A DNA stretch of 64,000 bases from Rhodocyclaceae bacterium (GTDB lineage: Bacteria > Pseudomonadota > Gammaproteobacteria > Burkholderiales > Rhodocyclaceae). Shown one piece after another: positions 1 to 9,769 of the stretch. The notes beneath the pieces were generated by a model, which was not told the origin of the DNA, made no database searches, and was given only the letters and a program-made list of their open reading frames with translations. Positions within the stretch are counted from its first letter, which is position 1. Every line of letters begins with the position of its first letter. The stretch is from NCBI GenBank assembly GCA_013426785.1, contig JACDZI010000003.1, forward strand, positions 14,361-78,360, written 5' to 3'. Both the position numbers and the translations under genes were made by a program.

Positions 1-583
1 CCGTCGATTCGGCACCCCCGCACACCATCGCATCGGCATCGCCATACTGGATCATGCGGTAACTCATGCCGATCGCGTGTAGACCGGTCGTACAGGCGGT
101 CACCACCGCGATGTTCGGGCCTTTGGCGCCGAGCAGGATCGACAGATTGCCGGAGATCATGTTGATGATCGTGCCGGGTATGAAGAAGGGGGAAATCTTG
201 CGCGGACCGCCGGCCAGATAGTCGTTGTACGTATCCTCGATCATCGGCAGGCCGCCGATGCCGGAACCGATATTCACGCCCACGCGATCGGCGTTTTCAG
301 GGGTGATTTCGAGTCCGGAATCGCGAAAAGCCTGCACCCCCGCCGCCATGCCGTAATGGATAAAAGTATCCATGCGGCGGGCTTCCTTGGGCGACAGGTA
401 GGCGGTGATGTCGAAACCCCTGACCTCCCCAGCAATACGCGCCTTGTGGGTGTTGGCATCGAAACGGGTAATCGGACCGATGCCGCTGGTGCCGGCAAGA
501 ATGGCATTCCAGCTATCGGCGACGGTATTGCCGACCGGCGAGACGAGTCCCAGACCGGTCACGACGACTCTGCGACGCGACAA
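1..583 (-). CDS. fabF: 3-oxoacyl-ACP synthase II, N-terminal part (gene runs off the window start)
   Basis: Not in the ORF track because there is no stop in the window. Reverse translation from TTG at 583 (GGAG upstream) gives SRRRVVVTGLGLVSPVGNTVADSWNAILAGTSG ... RMIQYGDADAMVCGGAEST. It follows acpP as in canonical fab clusters. Confidence 0.88.
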   Translation of the reverse strand, partial: MSRRRVVVTGLGLVSPVGNTVADSWNAILAGTSGIGPITRFDANTHKARIAGEVRGFDITAYLSPKEARRMDTFIHYGMAAGVQAFRDSGLEITPENADRVGVNIGSGIGGLPMIEDTYNDYLAGGPRKISPFFIPGTIINMISGNLSILLGAKGPNIAVVTACTTGLHAIGMSYRMIQYGDADAMVCGGAEST

Positions 584-600
584 GGCAATCTCCTACGGGT

Positions 601-630
601 GGGGAAGGGAAACAGGGGCTTTGAGGCCCC
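601..630 (-). terminator. Possible stem-loop / weak terminator between acpP and fabF
   Basis: ggggct-ttga-ggcccc hairpin at 615-630. On the minus strand it is followed by TGTTTCCCTT. Short stem and weak T-tract. Confidence 0.3.
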
Positions 631-636
631 CGAAAT

Positions 637-876
637 TTACTTTTTCAGGTTGTTATTGACGTAGTCGATCGCCTGCTGGACAGTGGTGATCTTTTCTGCG
701 TCCTCGTCCGGAATCTCGCATTCGAACTCCTCCTCGAGCGCCATCACCAGTTCGACGGTGTCGAGCGAATCCGCGCCGAGATCATCGACGAAGGACGAAT
801 CGTTCTTGATATCGCCCTCGTTTACGCCGAGTTGTTCGGCAACGATTTTCTTGACGCGCTGTTCGATGTTTTCCAT
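637..876 (-). CDS. acpP: Acyl carrier protein
   Basis: 79 aa with the [19 protein letters not shown] phosphopantetheine-site motif, located between fabG and fabF. Confidence 0.97.
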   Translation of the reverse strand: MENIEQRVKKIVAEQLGVNEGDIKNDSSFVDDLGADSLDTVELVMALEEEFECEIPDEDAEKITTVQQAIDYVNNNLKK

Positions 877-951
877 TAAGTGCTCCTTCCCTGTTTTGCG
901 GGTGTTTTGATCCGCTTAGTTTAACAAAAAGGCGTTGGTTTCCCGCAGCCG

Positions 952-1701
952 TCAAATCATATACATCCCGCCGTTGATATGGAGGGTGACGCCGGTGATG
1001 AAACTCGCCCGCGCGCTCGCCAAGAAGGCGACCGCATGGGCGATGTCTTCGGGCTGGCCAAGACGGTTCAGGGGAATCGTCTTCAGCATGGTTTTCTTCT
1101 GCTCCTCAGGCAGGCCCTTGGTCATGTCGGTGTCGATCAGGCCCGGCGCGATGCAGTTGACCGTGATGTTGCGGCTGCCGAGTTCCTGGGCAAGCGCCCG
1201 CGTCATGCCGGCTACGCCGGCCTTGGCAGCGCAATAGTTGGCCTGGCCGGGATTGCCGGCGCTGCCGACCACCGAGGTGATGTTGATGATGCGCCCGGTG
1301 CGCGCCTTCATCATCGGGCGCATCACCAGCCGCGACATGCGGAACACCGCCTTGAGGTTGGTATCGATCACGGCATCCCATTCCTCGTCCTTCATCCGCA
1401 TCGAGAGGTTGTCGCGGGTGATGCCGGCATTGTTGACCAGCACCGAAACCGCACCGTATTTCTTGTCGATCTTGCCAAGCAGCGCCTCGCTGGTAGCCGC
1501 ATCGGTGACATTCAATACGGCACCCCAGCCGGTCAGACCGGCCACGTCGAAGGCCTGTTGGATGTCGGCCGCACCGTTTTCCATGGTAGCCGTACCGACC
1601 ACCGCCGCACCCTGGGCAGCCAACTCCAGCGCGATGGCGCGGCCGATACCCCGCGAAGCGCCGGTCACCAGCGCGACCTGTCCTTTCAGTTCCATGCTCA
1701 T
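952..1701 (-). CDS. fabG: 3-oxoacyl-ACP reductase
   Basis: C-terminal 249 aa of the long track ORF: MSMELKGQVALVTGASRGIGRAIA ... NAGITRD ... YCAAKAG ... GGMYMI (SDR motifs). ATGA overlap with the fabD stop at 1698-1701. The upstream extension to 2505 is a GC-rich artefact overlapping fabD. Confidence 0.93.
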   Translation of the reverse strand: MSMELKGQVALVTGASRGIGRAIALELAAQGAAVVGTATMENGAADIQQAFDVAGLTGWGAVLNVTDAATSEALLGKIDKKYGAVSVLVNNAGITRDNLSMRMKDEEWDAVIDTNLKAVFRMSRLVMRPMMKARTGRIINITSVVGSAGNPGQANYCAAKAGVAGMTRALAQELGSRNITVNCIAPGLIDTDMTKGLPEEQKKTMLKTIPLNRLGQPEDIAHAVAFLASARASFITGVTLHINGGMYMI

Positions 1702-2630
1702 CCTCTCGCTGCCACCAGCGTCGCCTCGACGCCGACCAGATCGTTCATCGCGCCTCCAGCCAGGCCGTCGGTGCAACGCCTGGTCAGGCCGGCCAGCACC
1801 TTGCCCGGCCCGCACTCGAAGACGTGACTGATACCGGCTGCCTGCATGGCGCGCATGATTTCCACCCAACGCACCGGCGCGGCAGCCTGGCGCACAAGGG
1901 CAGCCTTGATCGCTTCCGGCGTAGTCGCGATGGCAACATCGACGTTGTTGATAACCGGAATTCGCGGAGCCCTGAATTCGACGCCAGCCAGTGCTGCCTG
2001 GAGCCTTTCGGCGGCCGGCTGCATCAGCGAGGAGTGGAAGGGTGCGGAAACCGGCAGCATCACGGCACGCTTGGCCCCGGCGGCCTTGCAGGCCTCGGCG
2101 GCACGCTCGACTGCGGCCTTGTGGCCGGCGATCACCGTCTGCTCCGGGGAATTGAAATTGACGGCCTGGACCGCCTGCCCCTGCGCCACTTCGGCACAAA
2201 TCGCCTTGATCTTGTCGGCATCCAGCGCGAGGATCGCGGCCATCGCGCCTTCGCCAGACGGCACGGCATCCTGCATCGCCTTCGCCCGCAGTTCCACCAG
2301 CGGCGCGGCAACCTTCAGATCCAGCACGCCGGCAGCGACCAGCGCCGAGTATTCGCCCAGACTGTGGCCCGCCAGCATGGCCGGTTGCGGACCATTCTTT
2401 TCCAGCCACAGGCGCCAGACGGCGATCCCGGCCGTCAGCATCAGCGGCTGGGTATTGACGGTCTGGGACAGTGCCTCGGCCGGTCCCTCGGCGACGAGTT
2501 GCCACAGATCGCGTCCCAGCGCGGCGGAAGCCTCGTCGAAGGTGGCACGGATCACCGAGCTGTCGCCATAGGCGGCCATCATGCCGAGCGATTGGGACCC
2601 CTGACCGGGAAAAACAAACGCAAATTTCAT
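1698..2630 (-). CDS. fabD: Malonyl-CoA:ACP transacylase
   Basis: MKFAFVFPGQGSQSLGM ... GHSLGEYSALV active-site motif; 310 aa; fab cluster context. Confidence 0.95.
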   Translation of the reverse strand: MKFAFVFPGQGSQSLGMMAAYGDSSVIRATFDEASAALGRDLWQLVAEGPAEALSQTVNTQPLMLTAGIAVWRLWLEKNGPQPAMLAGHSLGEYSALVAAGVLDLKVAAPLVELRAKAMQDAVPSGEGAMAAILALDADKIKAICAEVAQGQAVQAVNFNSPEQTVIAGHKAAVERAAEACKAAGAKRAVMLPVSAPFHSSLMQPAAERLQAALAGVEFRAPRIPVINNVDVAIATTPEAIKAALVRQAAAPVRWVEIMRAMQAAGISHVFECGPGKVLAGLTRRCTDGLAGGAMNDLVGVEATLVAARG

Positions 2631-2652
2631 AATGATCTCGACTGGTAATGAG

Positions 2653-3621
2653 TCACAAAGTGATCAGGGCTGCACCCCAGGTAAACCCGCCGCCCACGCC
2701 TTCGAGCAACGCCGTCTCGCCAGCGCCGACTTTTCCCGAGCGCACCGCTTCGTCAAGGGCCAGCGGCACCGAGGCCGCCGAGGTGTTACCGTGCCGATCC
2801 ACCGTGACGATGCACTTCTCCGCAGGCAGGCGGAGTTTTTTCGCGGTCGCCTGCATGATGCGGATGTTGGCCTGATGCGGAATCAGCCAGTCCAGTTGTG
2901 CCGGAGTCATGCCAGCGGCGGCAATGACTTCCTCGGCAACCTCGGCCAGCACCTTGACGGCAAACTTGAACACGGCCGGGCCGTCCATCCGTACGAACGG
3001 ATCGCCCACCGGCTGACCACCACAGACATGTCCCGCCACGGCGAGAATGTCGCGATGGCGGCCATCGGCGTGCAGGGCCGTCGCGCGGATGCCCGGTCTG
3101 TCGCTGGCTTCCAGAACCAGCGCCCCGGCACCGTCGCCGAACAGCACGGAGGTACCGCGATCCTGCCAGTCGAGGATGCGTGAGAAGATTTCGGCGCCGA
3201 CCACGAGGGCGCAGCGATGCGAACCGGAGCGGATGAACTTGTCGGCCGTCGCCAGGGCATAGAGGAAACCGCTGCAGACCGCCTGAACGTCAAACGCGGG
3301 GCAGCCGTTGGTAATGCCCAGCTTGTCCTGCAGGATCGTGGCGGTACTGGGGAAAATGAAATCCGGGGTGGACGTCGCCAGGACGATCAGGTCGACCTCA
3401 TTGGGCTGGCGGCCGGCGGCTTCAAGCGCGCGCTGGCACGCTTGCAAAGCCAGATCGCTCGCGGCGATGCCCGCCGGAGCAAAATGCCTGAACCGGATAC
3501 CGCTACGCTCGACGATCCAGTCATCTGAGGAATCGATGCCACGTGTCGAGATCAATACGGCATTGCCGACGGGAGCACCGGGCAAATAGCTTCCGGTACC
3601 GGTAATACGGGAGTGGATCAT
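2653..3621 (-). CDS. fabH: 3-oxoacyl-ACP synthase III
   Basis: 322 aa with the CSGFLYAL active-site Cys region, HQAN, and the [11 protein letters not shown]-terminus. Follows plsX. Confidence 0.95.
   Translation of the reverse strand: MIHSRITGTGSYLPGAPVGNAVLISTRGIDSSDDWIVERSGIRFRHFAPAGIAASDLALQACQRALEAAGRQPNEVDLIVLATSTPDFIFPSTATILQDKLGITNGCPAFDVQAVCSGFLYALATADKFIRSGSHRCALVVGAEIFSRILDWQDRGTSVLFGDGAGALVLEASDRPGIRATALHADGRHRDILAVAGHVCGGQPVGDPFVRMDGPAVFKFAVKVLAEVAEEVIAAAGMTPAQLDWLIPHQANIRIMQATAKKLRLPAEKCIVTVDRHGNTSAASVPLALDEAVRSGKVGAGETALLEGVGGGFTWGAALITL
2714..2734 (+). repeat. Motif copy 1 (consensus GTCCCGCCAGCGCCGACTTTT)
   Basis: gtctcgccagcgccgactttt, 1 mismatch, preceded by gcc. Inside fabH, antisense to the gene, read as KVGAGET. 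Confidence 0.9.
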
Positions 3622-3631
3622 CGCGGCGGGA

Positions 3632-4669
3632 TCAATCGCATAGGGTGGGTTCGGGGGCCATATTCTGCATCGCGGCAGCCATGCGCGTGGCGATTTTTTC
3701 CGGCAGCCGTTGACGGGCAGCTTCGGCCGCGCGTCTCAGAGCATGACGGAAAGCCAGCACATCGGCAGAACCGTGACTCTTGACCACCACGCCTTTGAGA
3801 CCCAGCAGGCTGGCACCGTTGTAGCGCCGATGATCGACACGCGCCCGGAAAGCAATCAGCACCGGCATGGCGAACAATCCCGCGAGTCTGGTCAAAGCGT
3901 TGCGCGAAAACTCTTCGCGCAGGAAGACGCGGATCATCTGGGCGAGGCCCTCCGAGGTCTTAAGCGCGATGTTGCCAACGAAGCCGTCGCAGACCACGAC
4001 AGCCGCAGTGCCTTTGTAGATATCGTCGCCCTCGACGTTGCCAATGAAGTTGAGCCCGCTGTTTCGCAGGAGTTCCCCGGCCCGCTTCACCACCTCATTG
4101 CCCTTGATCTCCTCCTCGCCGATGTTGAGGAGGCCCACCGTCGGCCGCTCGTCATGTTCCAGCGCCGCCGCCAGCATGGCACCCATGATGCCGAACTGCA
4201 ACAGGTGATCGGGGCCGCAGTCCACGTTGGCACCCAGATCGAGCACATAGGTATGGCCCTTCATCGAAGGCAGGATCGAGGCAATCGCCGGCCGGTCGAT
4301 GCCGGGCAGGGTTTTCAGCACGAAACGTGAAATGGCCATCAGCGCCCCGGTATTGCCGGCGGAGACCGCACCATCCGCCTGCCCGTCCTTGACCAGATTG
4401 GCCATGACGCGCATCGACGAATCCTTCTTGTTGCGCAATGCGGTGGCAACCGCCTCATCCATCGCAACGACCTCGGTCGCGTGATGAACGGTAATGCGGT
4501 TGCTCAAATCGGCGCCAGCCTTTGCCAGCAAAGGCTGGATGGAGGCTTCGAGGCCGACGAGAATGGCCCGGCAACTCGAATCTTCCTGCAGGAACTCGAG
4601 CACGGCCGGGACTACCACGGCGGGGCCATGGTCGCCCCCCATGCAGTCGACAGCAAGCGTTATGGTCAT
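3632..4669 (-). CDS. plsX: Phosphate acyltransferase PlsX
   Basis: 345 aa starting [16 protein letters not shown]. rpmF-plsX-fabH synteny. Confidence 0.95.
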   Translation of the reverse strand: MTITLAVDCMGGDHGPAVVVPAVLEFLQEDSSCRAILVGLEASIQPLLAKAGADLSNRITVHHATEVVAMDEAVATALRNKKDSSMRVMANLVKDGQADGAVSAGNTGALMAISRFVLKTLPGIDRPAIASILPSMKGHTYVLDLGANVDCGPDHLLQFGIMGAMLAAALEHDERPTVGLLNIGEEEIKGNEVVKRAGELLRNSGLNFIGNVEGDDIYKGTAAVVVCDGFVGNIALKTSEGLAQMIRVFLREEFSRNALTRLAGLFAMPVLIAFRARVDHRRYNGASLLGLKGVVVKSHGSADVLAFRHALRRAAEAARQRLPEKIATRMAAAMQNMAPEPTLCD

Positions 4670-4682
4670 TCAGGCACGCCTA

Positions 4683-4713
4683 TGAAAACGGCCGGACGTT
4701 CGCACGCCCGGCC
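4683..4713 (-). terminator. Stem-loop / partial terminator downstream of rpmF
   Basis: On the minus strand: GGCCGG-12 nt loop-CCGGCC (4690-4713) followed by GTTTTC. Lies in the rpmF-plsX gap. Confidence 0.4.
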
Positions 4714-4732
4714 GCATTCTGGCAATAACCGG

Positions 4733-4912
4733 TCACTCGCCCTTGGTCTTGATGACCTTCTTGCCGCGATAAACACCGGAGGGAGAAATGTGATGACGCA
4801 GGTGCACTTCGCCGGTGGTCGGCTCAATGGCGAGAGGCGGCGCGCTCAGAAAATCATGCGCACGATGCATGCCGCGTTTGGAGGGGGACTTCTTGTTCTG
4901 CTGGACGGCCAT
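4733..4912 (-). CDS. rpmF: 50S ribosomal protein L32
   Basis: Below the ORF-track size cutoff. Hand translation: [59 protein letters not shown]. Lies between yceD and plsX. Confidence 0.93.
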   Translation of the reverse strand: MAVQQNKKSPSKRGMHRAHDFLSAPPLAIEPTTGEVHLRHHISPSGVYRGKKVIKTKGE

Positions 4913-4937
4913 GATGACTCCTTACTTCAAAATCGTT

Positions 4938-5498
4938 TCAATGCTTCTTCAACCCGGCAAGCGCCGCAAACGGCGATGCCACACTTTTACCTATTGCCTG
5001 CGCTTCCGTAAGACCGGGCAGCCCAGGCACCTGACAATCCTCGTGGCGCGGAACGATCGGCAAGGCCATCAAGACCTCGTCCTCGACCAGCGCCATCACC
5101 GACAACTCGCGCTCGGCGGGTATGGCATCGTAGGTTTCCGCTTCCAGTTCATCATCGGGCCAGACCTCGCCCTCCGGAACCAGCAACAGGCGGCTGTCAA
5201 TGGCACAAGCGAACTCAAGCTTCGACAGGCACCGCTGACAACGCAAACCCAAACACCCGCTCACCTGCAAATACAAACCCAGCTTGCCGCCCAGTTCACC
5301 CTGTCCCCGGAACCCGGAGAAGCGACATTCGAGAAAACCGGCCGCATCCACCACGACATCCGCCAGACGCGACAGGGACGACAAGGGAATCCTGCAGGTG
5401 ATAACTTCTTCGCCAGCCGCGAATTTCAGGCTGTCGATCACTAACCCGGCCAAATCCTGTTCGTCCCGGCACGACATAAAGGGCGCGGATGTTATCAT
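4938..5498 (-). CDS. yceD: DUF177 / YceD-family protein (23S rRNA accumulation protein)
   Basis: Acidic ~180 aa protein with the CQRC ... C motif. Conserved yceD-rpmF-plsX arrangement. Alternative start at 5477. Confidence 0.8.
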   Translation of the reverse strand: MITSAPFMSCRDEQDLAGLVIDSLKFAAGEEVITCRIPLSSLSRLADVVVDAAGFLECRFSGFRGQGELGGKLGLYLQVSGCLGLRCQRCLSKLEFACAIDSRLLLVPEGEVWPDDELEAETYDAIPAERELSVMALVEDEVLMALPIVPRHEDCQVPGLPGLTEAQAIGKSVASPFAALAGLKKH

Positions 5499-5560
5499 GC
5501 GCCGCCTTTCCCAGTCAAAGCTTTATTCTGGAAAAAAGCCTGAAAAAACATCCCATAACC

Positions 5561-6151
5561 ATGCGCAAGCACCTAAGCACCCTCGTCCTGGCTTCCACTT
5601 CGCCCTACCGGCGCGAACTTCTCGGCCGACTGCAAATCGAATTTGAGGTCTGCGCCCCCGAAACCGACGAAACTCCGCTCAAAGGAGAAGCTCCGGCTGC
5701 CACGGCAGAAAGACTGGCCGTAGTCAAAGCGGAAGCGGTCGTCGGAAAGTTTACAGACGCGCTGATCATCGGCTCGGATCAGGTCGCCTACTGCGGGGAT
5801 AGTCGCTTTGGCAAGCCCGGCTCGCGGGAAAACGCCCGCGTCCAGTTGCACAGCCTGTCCGGAAAGGTCGCGGTATTCCACACCGGTCTTTGCCTGCTCA
5901 ATAGCGGTAGCGGGCGTCGGCATGTTCGCGGCGTGGCCACCGAGGTACGCTTCCGCGAACTCTCCGACGCTGAAATCGAGCGCTACCTCGACCGGGAAGA
6001 TGCGCTGAACTGTTCCGGCAGCGCCCGCTCCGAAGGACTCGGCATCAGCCTGCTCGAGTGGATGAAGAGCGACGACCCAACCGCGCTGGTCGGCCTGCCG
6101 CTCATCGCACTGGCCGAGATGCTGCGCGCCGAAGGGCTGCAACTCCCCTGA
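5561..6151 (+). CDS. maf: Maf-family nucleoside triphosphate pyrophosphatase (YceF-like)
   Basis: MRKHLSTLVLASTSPYRRELLGRL ... start at the internal ATG at 5561. Divergent from yceD as in many proteobacteria. Confidence 0.85.
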   Translation: MRKHLSTLVLASTSPYRRELLGRLQIEFEVCAPETDETPLKGEAPAATAERLAVVKAEAVVGKFTDALIIGSDQVAYCGDSRFGKPGSRENARVQLHSLSGKVAVFHTGLCLLNSGSGRRHVRGVATEVRFRELSDAEIERYLDREDALNCSGSARSEGLGISLLEWMKSDDPTALVGLPLIALAEMLRAEGLQLP

Positions 6152-6158
6152 ACGCCGG

Positions 6159-6878
6159 ATGACGGGCACACTGTATCTTTTGCCGACCCGACTCGGCGCA
6201 TCGGCATGGCAGTTGGTTCTGCCGGCCGAAAGCCGCGAGATCGCCTGCCGGCTACGGCACTTTGTCGTCGAGAATGCCAAGACGGCGCGCGCCTCGCTCA
6301 AATGGCTGGAGCATCCGGTAGCCTTGCGCGAGTTGGTCATCGAGCAGTTGCCGGAACCGCTCAAACCCGTCGACATCGAGCGCCTGCTGGCTCCCCTGCA
6401 AGCAGGAAACGATCTGGGGCTGATGTCGGAAGCCGGCTGTCCCGGCGTCGCCGACCCCGGTGCCCTGCTGGTACGCCGCGCCCACGAGCTCGACATTGCA
6501 GTCCGGCCGCTGGTCGGCCCCTCCTCGCTGCTACTGGCGCTGATGGCCTCCGGACTGGATGGCCAGCGCTTCGCCTTTCACGGCTACCTGCCGCAACGGG
6601 AACCGGAACGCTCGAAACGCATCGTCGAACTGGAAAAGGAATCGCGGCAGAAACGCCAGACCCAGTTGTTCATTGAGACGCCGTACCGCAATCAGGCGCT
6701 GTTCGATGCACTGACATCCGCCTGCGAGGCGGAAACCCTGTTGTGCGTCGCCACCGACCTGACGCTGGCCAGCGAAACCATTGCGACACGCCGCATCACG
6801 GACTGGCGCCAACGCCGCCCCGCCAGCGCCGACTTTTCGCGGCGACCGACGGTCTTTCTGTTGTTCAGCGCAGGCTGA
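6159..6878 (+). CDS. SAM-dependent methyltransferase, tetrapyrrole-methylase fold (RsmI-like)
   Basis: 239 aa: LYLLPTRLG ... SEAGCPGVADPG ... GPSSLLLALMASGL, as in RsmI/TP-methylase family members. Confidence 0.7.
   Translation: MTGTLYLLPTRLGASAWQLVLPAESREIACRLRHFVVENAKTARASLKWLEHPVALRELVIEQLPEPLKPVDIERLLAPLQAGNDLGLMSEAGCPGVADPGALLVRRAHELDIAVRPLVGPSSLLLALMASGLDGQRFAFHGYLPQREPERSKRIVELEKESRQKRQTQLFIETPYRNQALFDALTSACEAETLLCVATDLTLASETIATRRITDWRQRRPASADFSRRPTVFLLFSAG
6817..6837 (+). repeat. Motif copy 2
   Basis: gccccgccagcgccgactttt, 1 mismatch. Inside the methyltransferase gene, sense, read as PASADF. Confidence 0.9.
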
Positions 6879-7824
6879 CGCCGGACAGTGCCGCACCAAA
6901 AGATTCGGCGACCTGGGCACCGAAGCGGCGGGCAAACTTCTCGGCGAAGTTGGGCTTCATCGTGTAGTCGCGCACTTCCTCGGCCTTGATCACGTCGCGC
7001 GCCACCGTATCCACGGTGCCATATCCGTCGGCCAGTCCGAGTTCGATGCTCTTCGCCCCGGTCCACATCAGGCCGGAAAACATGTCAGGGGTTTCCTTCA
7101 GCCGTTGGCCACGCCCCTTGCGCACCACCTTGATGAACTGCTGGTGGATGTCGTTAAGCATGCCCTGCGCGTGCGTCTTGTGGCGCTCATTTTGGGGCGA
7201 GAAGGGATCGAGGAAGCCCTTGTTGTCGCCAGCGGTCAGCAGGCGGCGCTCCAAGCCCAGCTTTTCCATGCTGCCAGTGAAACCGAAACCGTCCATCAGC
7301 ACGCCGATCGAACCAACGATGCTGGCCTTGTCGACGAAAATCTTGTCGGCGGCCGCAGCGATGTAATAACCTCCCGAGGCGCAAACATCCTCGACCACGA
7401 CATACAGCGGCTTGTCGGCATGCTTGGTGCGCAGGCGACGGATCTCGTCAGCGATGATGCCGGCCTGGACCGGGCTGCCGCCCGGACTGTTGATGCGCAG
7501 CACCACGCCGCGCGTTCCCGCACTGTCGAACGCCGCCTGCAACGCGCCGATCACATCCTCGGCGTTGGCATCGCCCTTCGCTTGGATCACGCCGTTCATA
7601 TCCACCAGCGCGGTATGGGCCTTTCCTTCGCCTTCGGGGTTCAGGCTTTCCCAATCGACGAAAGTCAACAAAATTACGCTCAGGTAGACAAAACCCAACA
7701 GCTTGAAGAAGATGCCCCAGCGCCGCGCGCGACGCTGTTCGTCGACCGCAGCCAGCGCGACCTTTTCCAACACTTTGCGTTCCCAGTTCGATTCATCCGC
7801 CACTTCAATCACCTTCCCTGTCAT
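6865..7824 (-). CDS. sppA: Signal peptide peptidase SppA (36K type, S49 family)
   Basis: 319 aa with an N-terminal TM segment, then LRINSPGGSPV and ASGGYYIA motifs. Confidence 0.88.
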   Translation of the reverse strand: MTGKVIEVADESNWERKVLEKVALAAVDEQRRARRWGIFFKLLGFVYLSVILLTFVDWESLNPEGEGKAHTALVDMNGVIQAKGDANAEDVIGALQAAFDSAGTRGVVLRINSPGGSPVQAGIIADEIRRLRTKHADKPLYVVVEDVCASGGYYIAAAADKIFVDKASIVGSIGVLMDGFGFTGSMEKLGLERRLLTAGDNKGFLDPFSPQNERHKTHAQGMLNDIHQQFIKVVRKGRGQRLKETPDMFSGLMWTGAKSIELGLADGYGTVDTVARDVIKAEEVRDYTMKPNFAEKFARRFGAQVAESFGAALSGVSLR

Positions 7825-7827
7825 TCA

Positions 7828-8484
7828 TCAGGCGTTTGCCGCCAGCCATGCCACCAGTTCCGGCATGGCGTCAGCACAGTATAGCGGCGTCACCTCCTCG
7901 AGCGTGGCACGCGGATGGGCACCATAGCTGACACCCAGCGCGGCGACACCGGCATTTTTCGCCATCAGAAGGTCGTGGGTGGTATCGCCGATCATCAAAG
8001 TCTGCTCCGGCAGTACGGCGAACTCGGCCATCAACTCCTCCAGCATCTGGGGGTGCGGCTTGGAATGGCACTCGTCGGCGCAGCGCGTGGCGCCGAAATA
8101 GTCGCCCAGCCCACTGTGGGCGAGCGCCCGATCCAGGCCGCGGCGCGATTTTCCTGTCGCGACCCCGAGTAGCTTTCCCTTCTCCGCGAGCATCTTCACC
8201 AGATCAGCCGCCCCGTCGAACAGATTGACCTCATGGTCGCGCGACAGGTAATGGTGGCGATAACGGTCGACGACTTTCTCGTAGCGATCTTCCGGCAGGT
8301 CCGGCAAGGCATGGCGAAGCGCATCGCCGAGCCCCAGGCCGATGATGTGGCGTGCCGCCGAATCGGGCGGCGAAATCAGCCCGAGATCCCGCGCCGCTTG
8401 CTGGACGCACTGGACGATCAGGCCCGTCGAGTCCATCAAGGTACCGTCCCAGTCGAAAACGATCAGTTCATAGCGTTGCGTCAT
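7828..8484 (-). CDS. HAD-superfamily hydrolase (phosphoglycolate phosphatase-like)
   Basis: LIVFDWDGTLMDS motif I, GVATGKSR, and MIGDTTHDLLMAKNAG motif IV. Confidence 0.85.
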   Translation of the reverse strand: MTQRYELIVFDWDGTLMDSTGLIVQCVQQAARDLGLISPPDSAARHIIGLGLGDALRHALPDLPEDRYEKVVDRYRHHYLSRDHEVNLFDGAADLVKMLAEKGKLLGVATGKSRRGLDRALAHSGLGDYFGATRCADECHSKPHPQMLEELMAEFAVLPEQTLMIGDTTHDLLMAKNAGVAALGVSYGAHPRATLEEVTPLYCADAMPELVAWLAANA

Positions 8485-9430
8485 CTGTCAGGCCAATGTT
8501 TTTCGAAAATTTTTGCAGCTCTGCGGGGAGCGGCGCGCTGAACGCCAGCGTCTTGCCCGTCAGGGGATGCGGCAGCCGCATCGAGGCCGCGTGCAGGAAC
8601 ATGCGTTTCAAACCGGCCTTTTGCAAGTCCTTGTTGAGCGCGAAATCGCCATATTTTTCGTCGCCGAGGATCGGGAAGCCCAAATGCGCCAAGTGCACCC
8701 GAATCTGGTGGGTGCGGCCAGTACGCAGTTCCACCTCGAGCAGGCTGGCTTCGTCTGCGGCCAGCCGGCCGTTCCCACGCAGGCGCATGATCGAATGCGC
8801 CTCCTTGCCCTCAGGGGAAACACGCACGCGCCGTTCACCCTCCGGTGTCAGGTACTTGTGCAGCGGCAGCTTGACGTTACGCAACTTGTCGCGCCAGCGC
8901 CCTTTCACCGCGGCAAGATAGTGCTTGTCGATCACCCCATCACGGAACTGGTCGTGTAGGCGCGTCAATGCCGAGCGTTTCTTGCCGATGATCAGCAACC
9001 CGGAGGTTTCGCGGTCAAGCCGATGGGCCAGTTCGAGAAAACGCGCCTCGGGCCGGGCGCGGCGCAGCTGCTCGATGACCCCGAAGCTGACCCCGCTGCC
9101 GCCGTGCACCGCCACCCCGGCCGGCTTGTCGATGACGATCAGGGCCTCGTCCTCGAACACCACGGCAAAATCGCGCGGTGGCGCAGGGGAATCATCCTCC
9201 TTGTCCGCTACGCGCACCGGGGGTACCCGCACCTGATCTCCCAATGCAAGGCGGCGGTCGGCTGACGCCCGCCCCTTGTTCAAGCGCACCTCGCCACTCC
9301 GCAGAATGCGATAGACGTGGCTTTTGGGTACACCCTTGAGGCGTTTCAGCAGAAAGTTGTCAATCCGCTGCCCGTCCCCATCTTCGCCAACCTCAAGAAA
9401 TGTGGCGGCGTTTTTATTCAACTCTTTCAT
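8468..9430 (-). CDS. rluC: 23S rRNA pseudouridine synthase RluC
   Basis: S4 domain (GQRIDNFLLKRLKGVPKSHVYRILRSGEVRLNKGRA) and HRLDRETSGLL catalytic motif. Divergent from rne as in E. coli. The track ORF extends to 9520; the ATG at 9430 fits RluC N-termini better. Confidence 0.88.
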   Translation of the reverse strand: MKELNKNAATFLEVGEDGDGQRIDNFLLKRLKGVPKSHVYRILRSGEVRLNKGRASADRRLALGDQVRVPPVRVADKEDDSPAPPRDFAVVFEDEALIVIDKPAGVAVHGGSGVSFGVIEQLRRARPEARFLELAHRLDRETSGLLIIGKKRSALTRLHDQFRDGVIDKHYLAAVKGRWRDKLRNVKLPLHKYLTPEGERRVRVSPEGKEAHSIMRLRGNGRLAADEASLLEVELRTGRTHQIRVHLAHLGFPILGDEKYGDFALNKDLQKAGLKRMFLHAASMRLPHPLTGKTLAFSAPLPAELQKFSKNIGLTDDATL

Positions 9431-9769
9431 TTGTAATATAATGCGCCCGCTTTGCCGTCTCCGGACGGCGCGCCCGGCAGTCCGAAGTGATGTCGGGGCG
9501 TCCTTCGGCGATGTTGCCACAGCCCAGGGTATCTCGCTCGCCCGAAGCAGCGATACTTAACAATTTATACGCGCTACACAGGCTTCAATACAGGCTTTGA
9601 TACACGATGCCGCGCATGACCGGCATCGTCGTCCGACAAATCATCCACCCCATTTTTGCCCTGCCCGTCACCCACCCGATGAGCCTTTACCCGCAAATCT
9701 GACAAACGCCGCAATCATCTAGCGGCGTGGTTTGTCGTGCCTTCCTGCCTGTCGCGCGTGGGAGCACAC

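Noticed and set aside
952-2505. Many long ORFs in the six-frame track that overlap real genes in other frames or on the other strand. Examples: 952-2505 (517 aa), 9719-10648, 29961-32162 (733 aa), 37370-38488, 41888-43411, 45327-46967 and 45331-46704.
   Set aside because: Their translations are Arg/Gly/Ala/Pro/His-rich and low in complexity, without any family motif. This is typical of shadow ORFs in GC-rich DNA. Each is fully overlapped by a gene with unmistakable family signatures.
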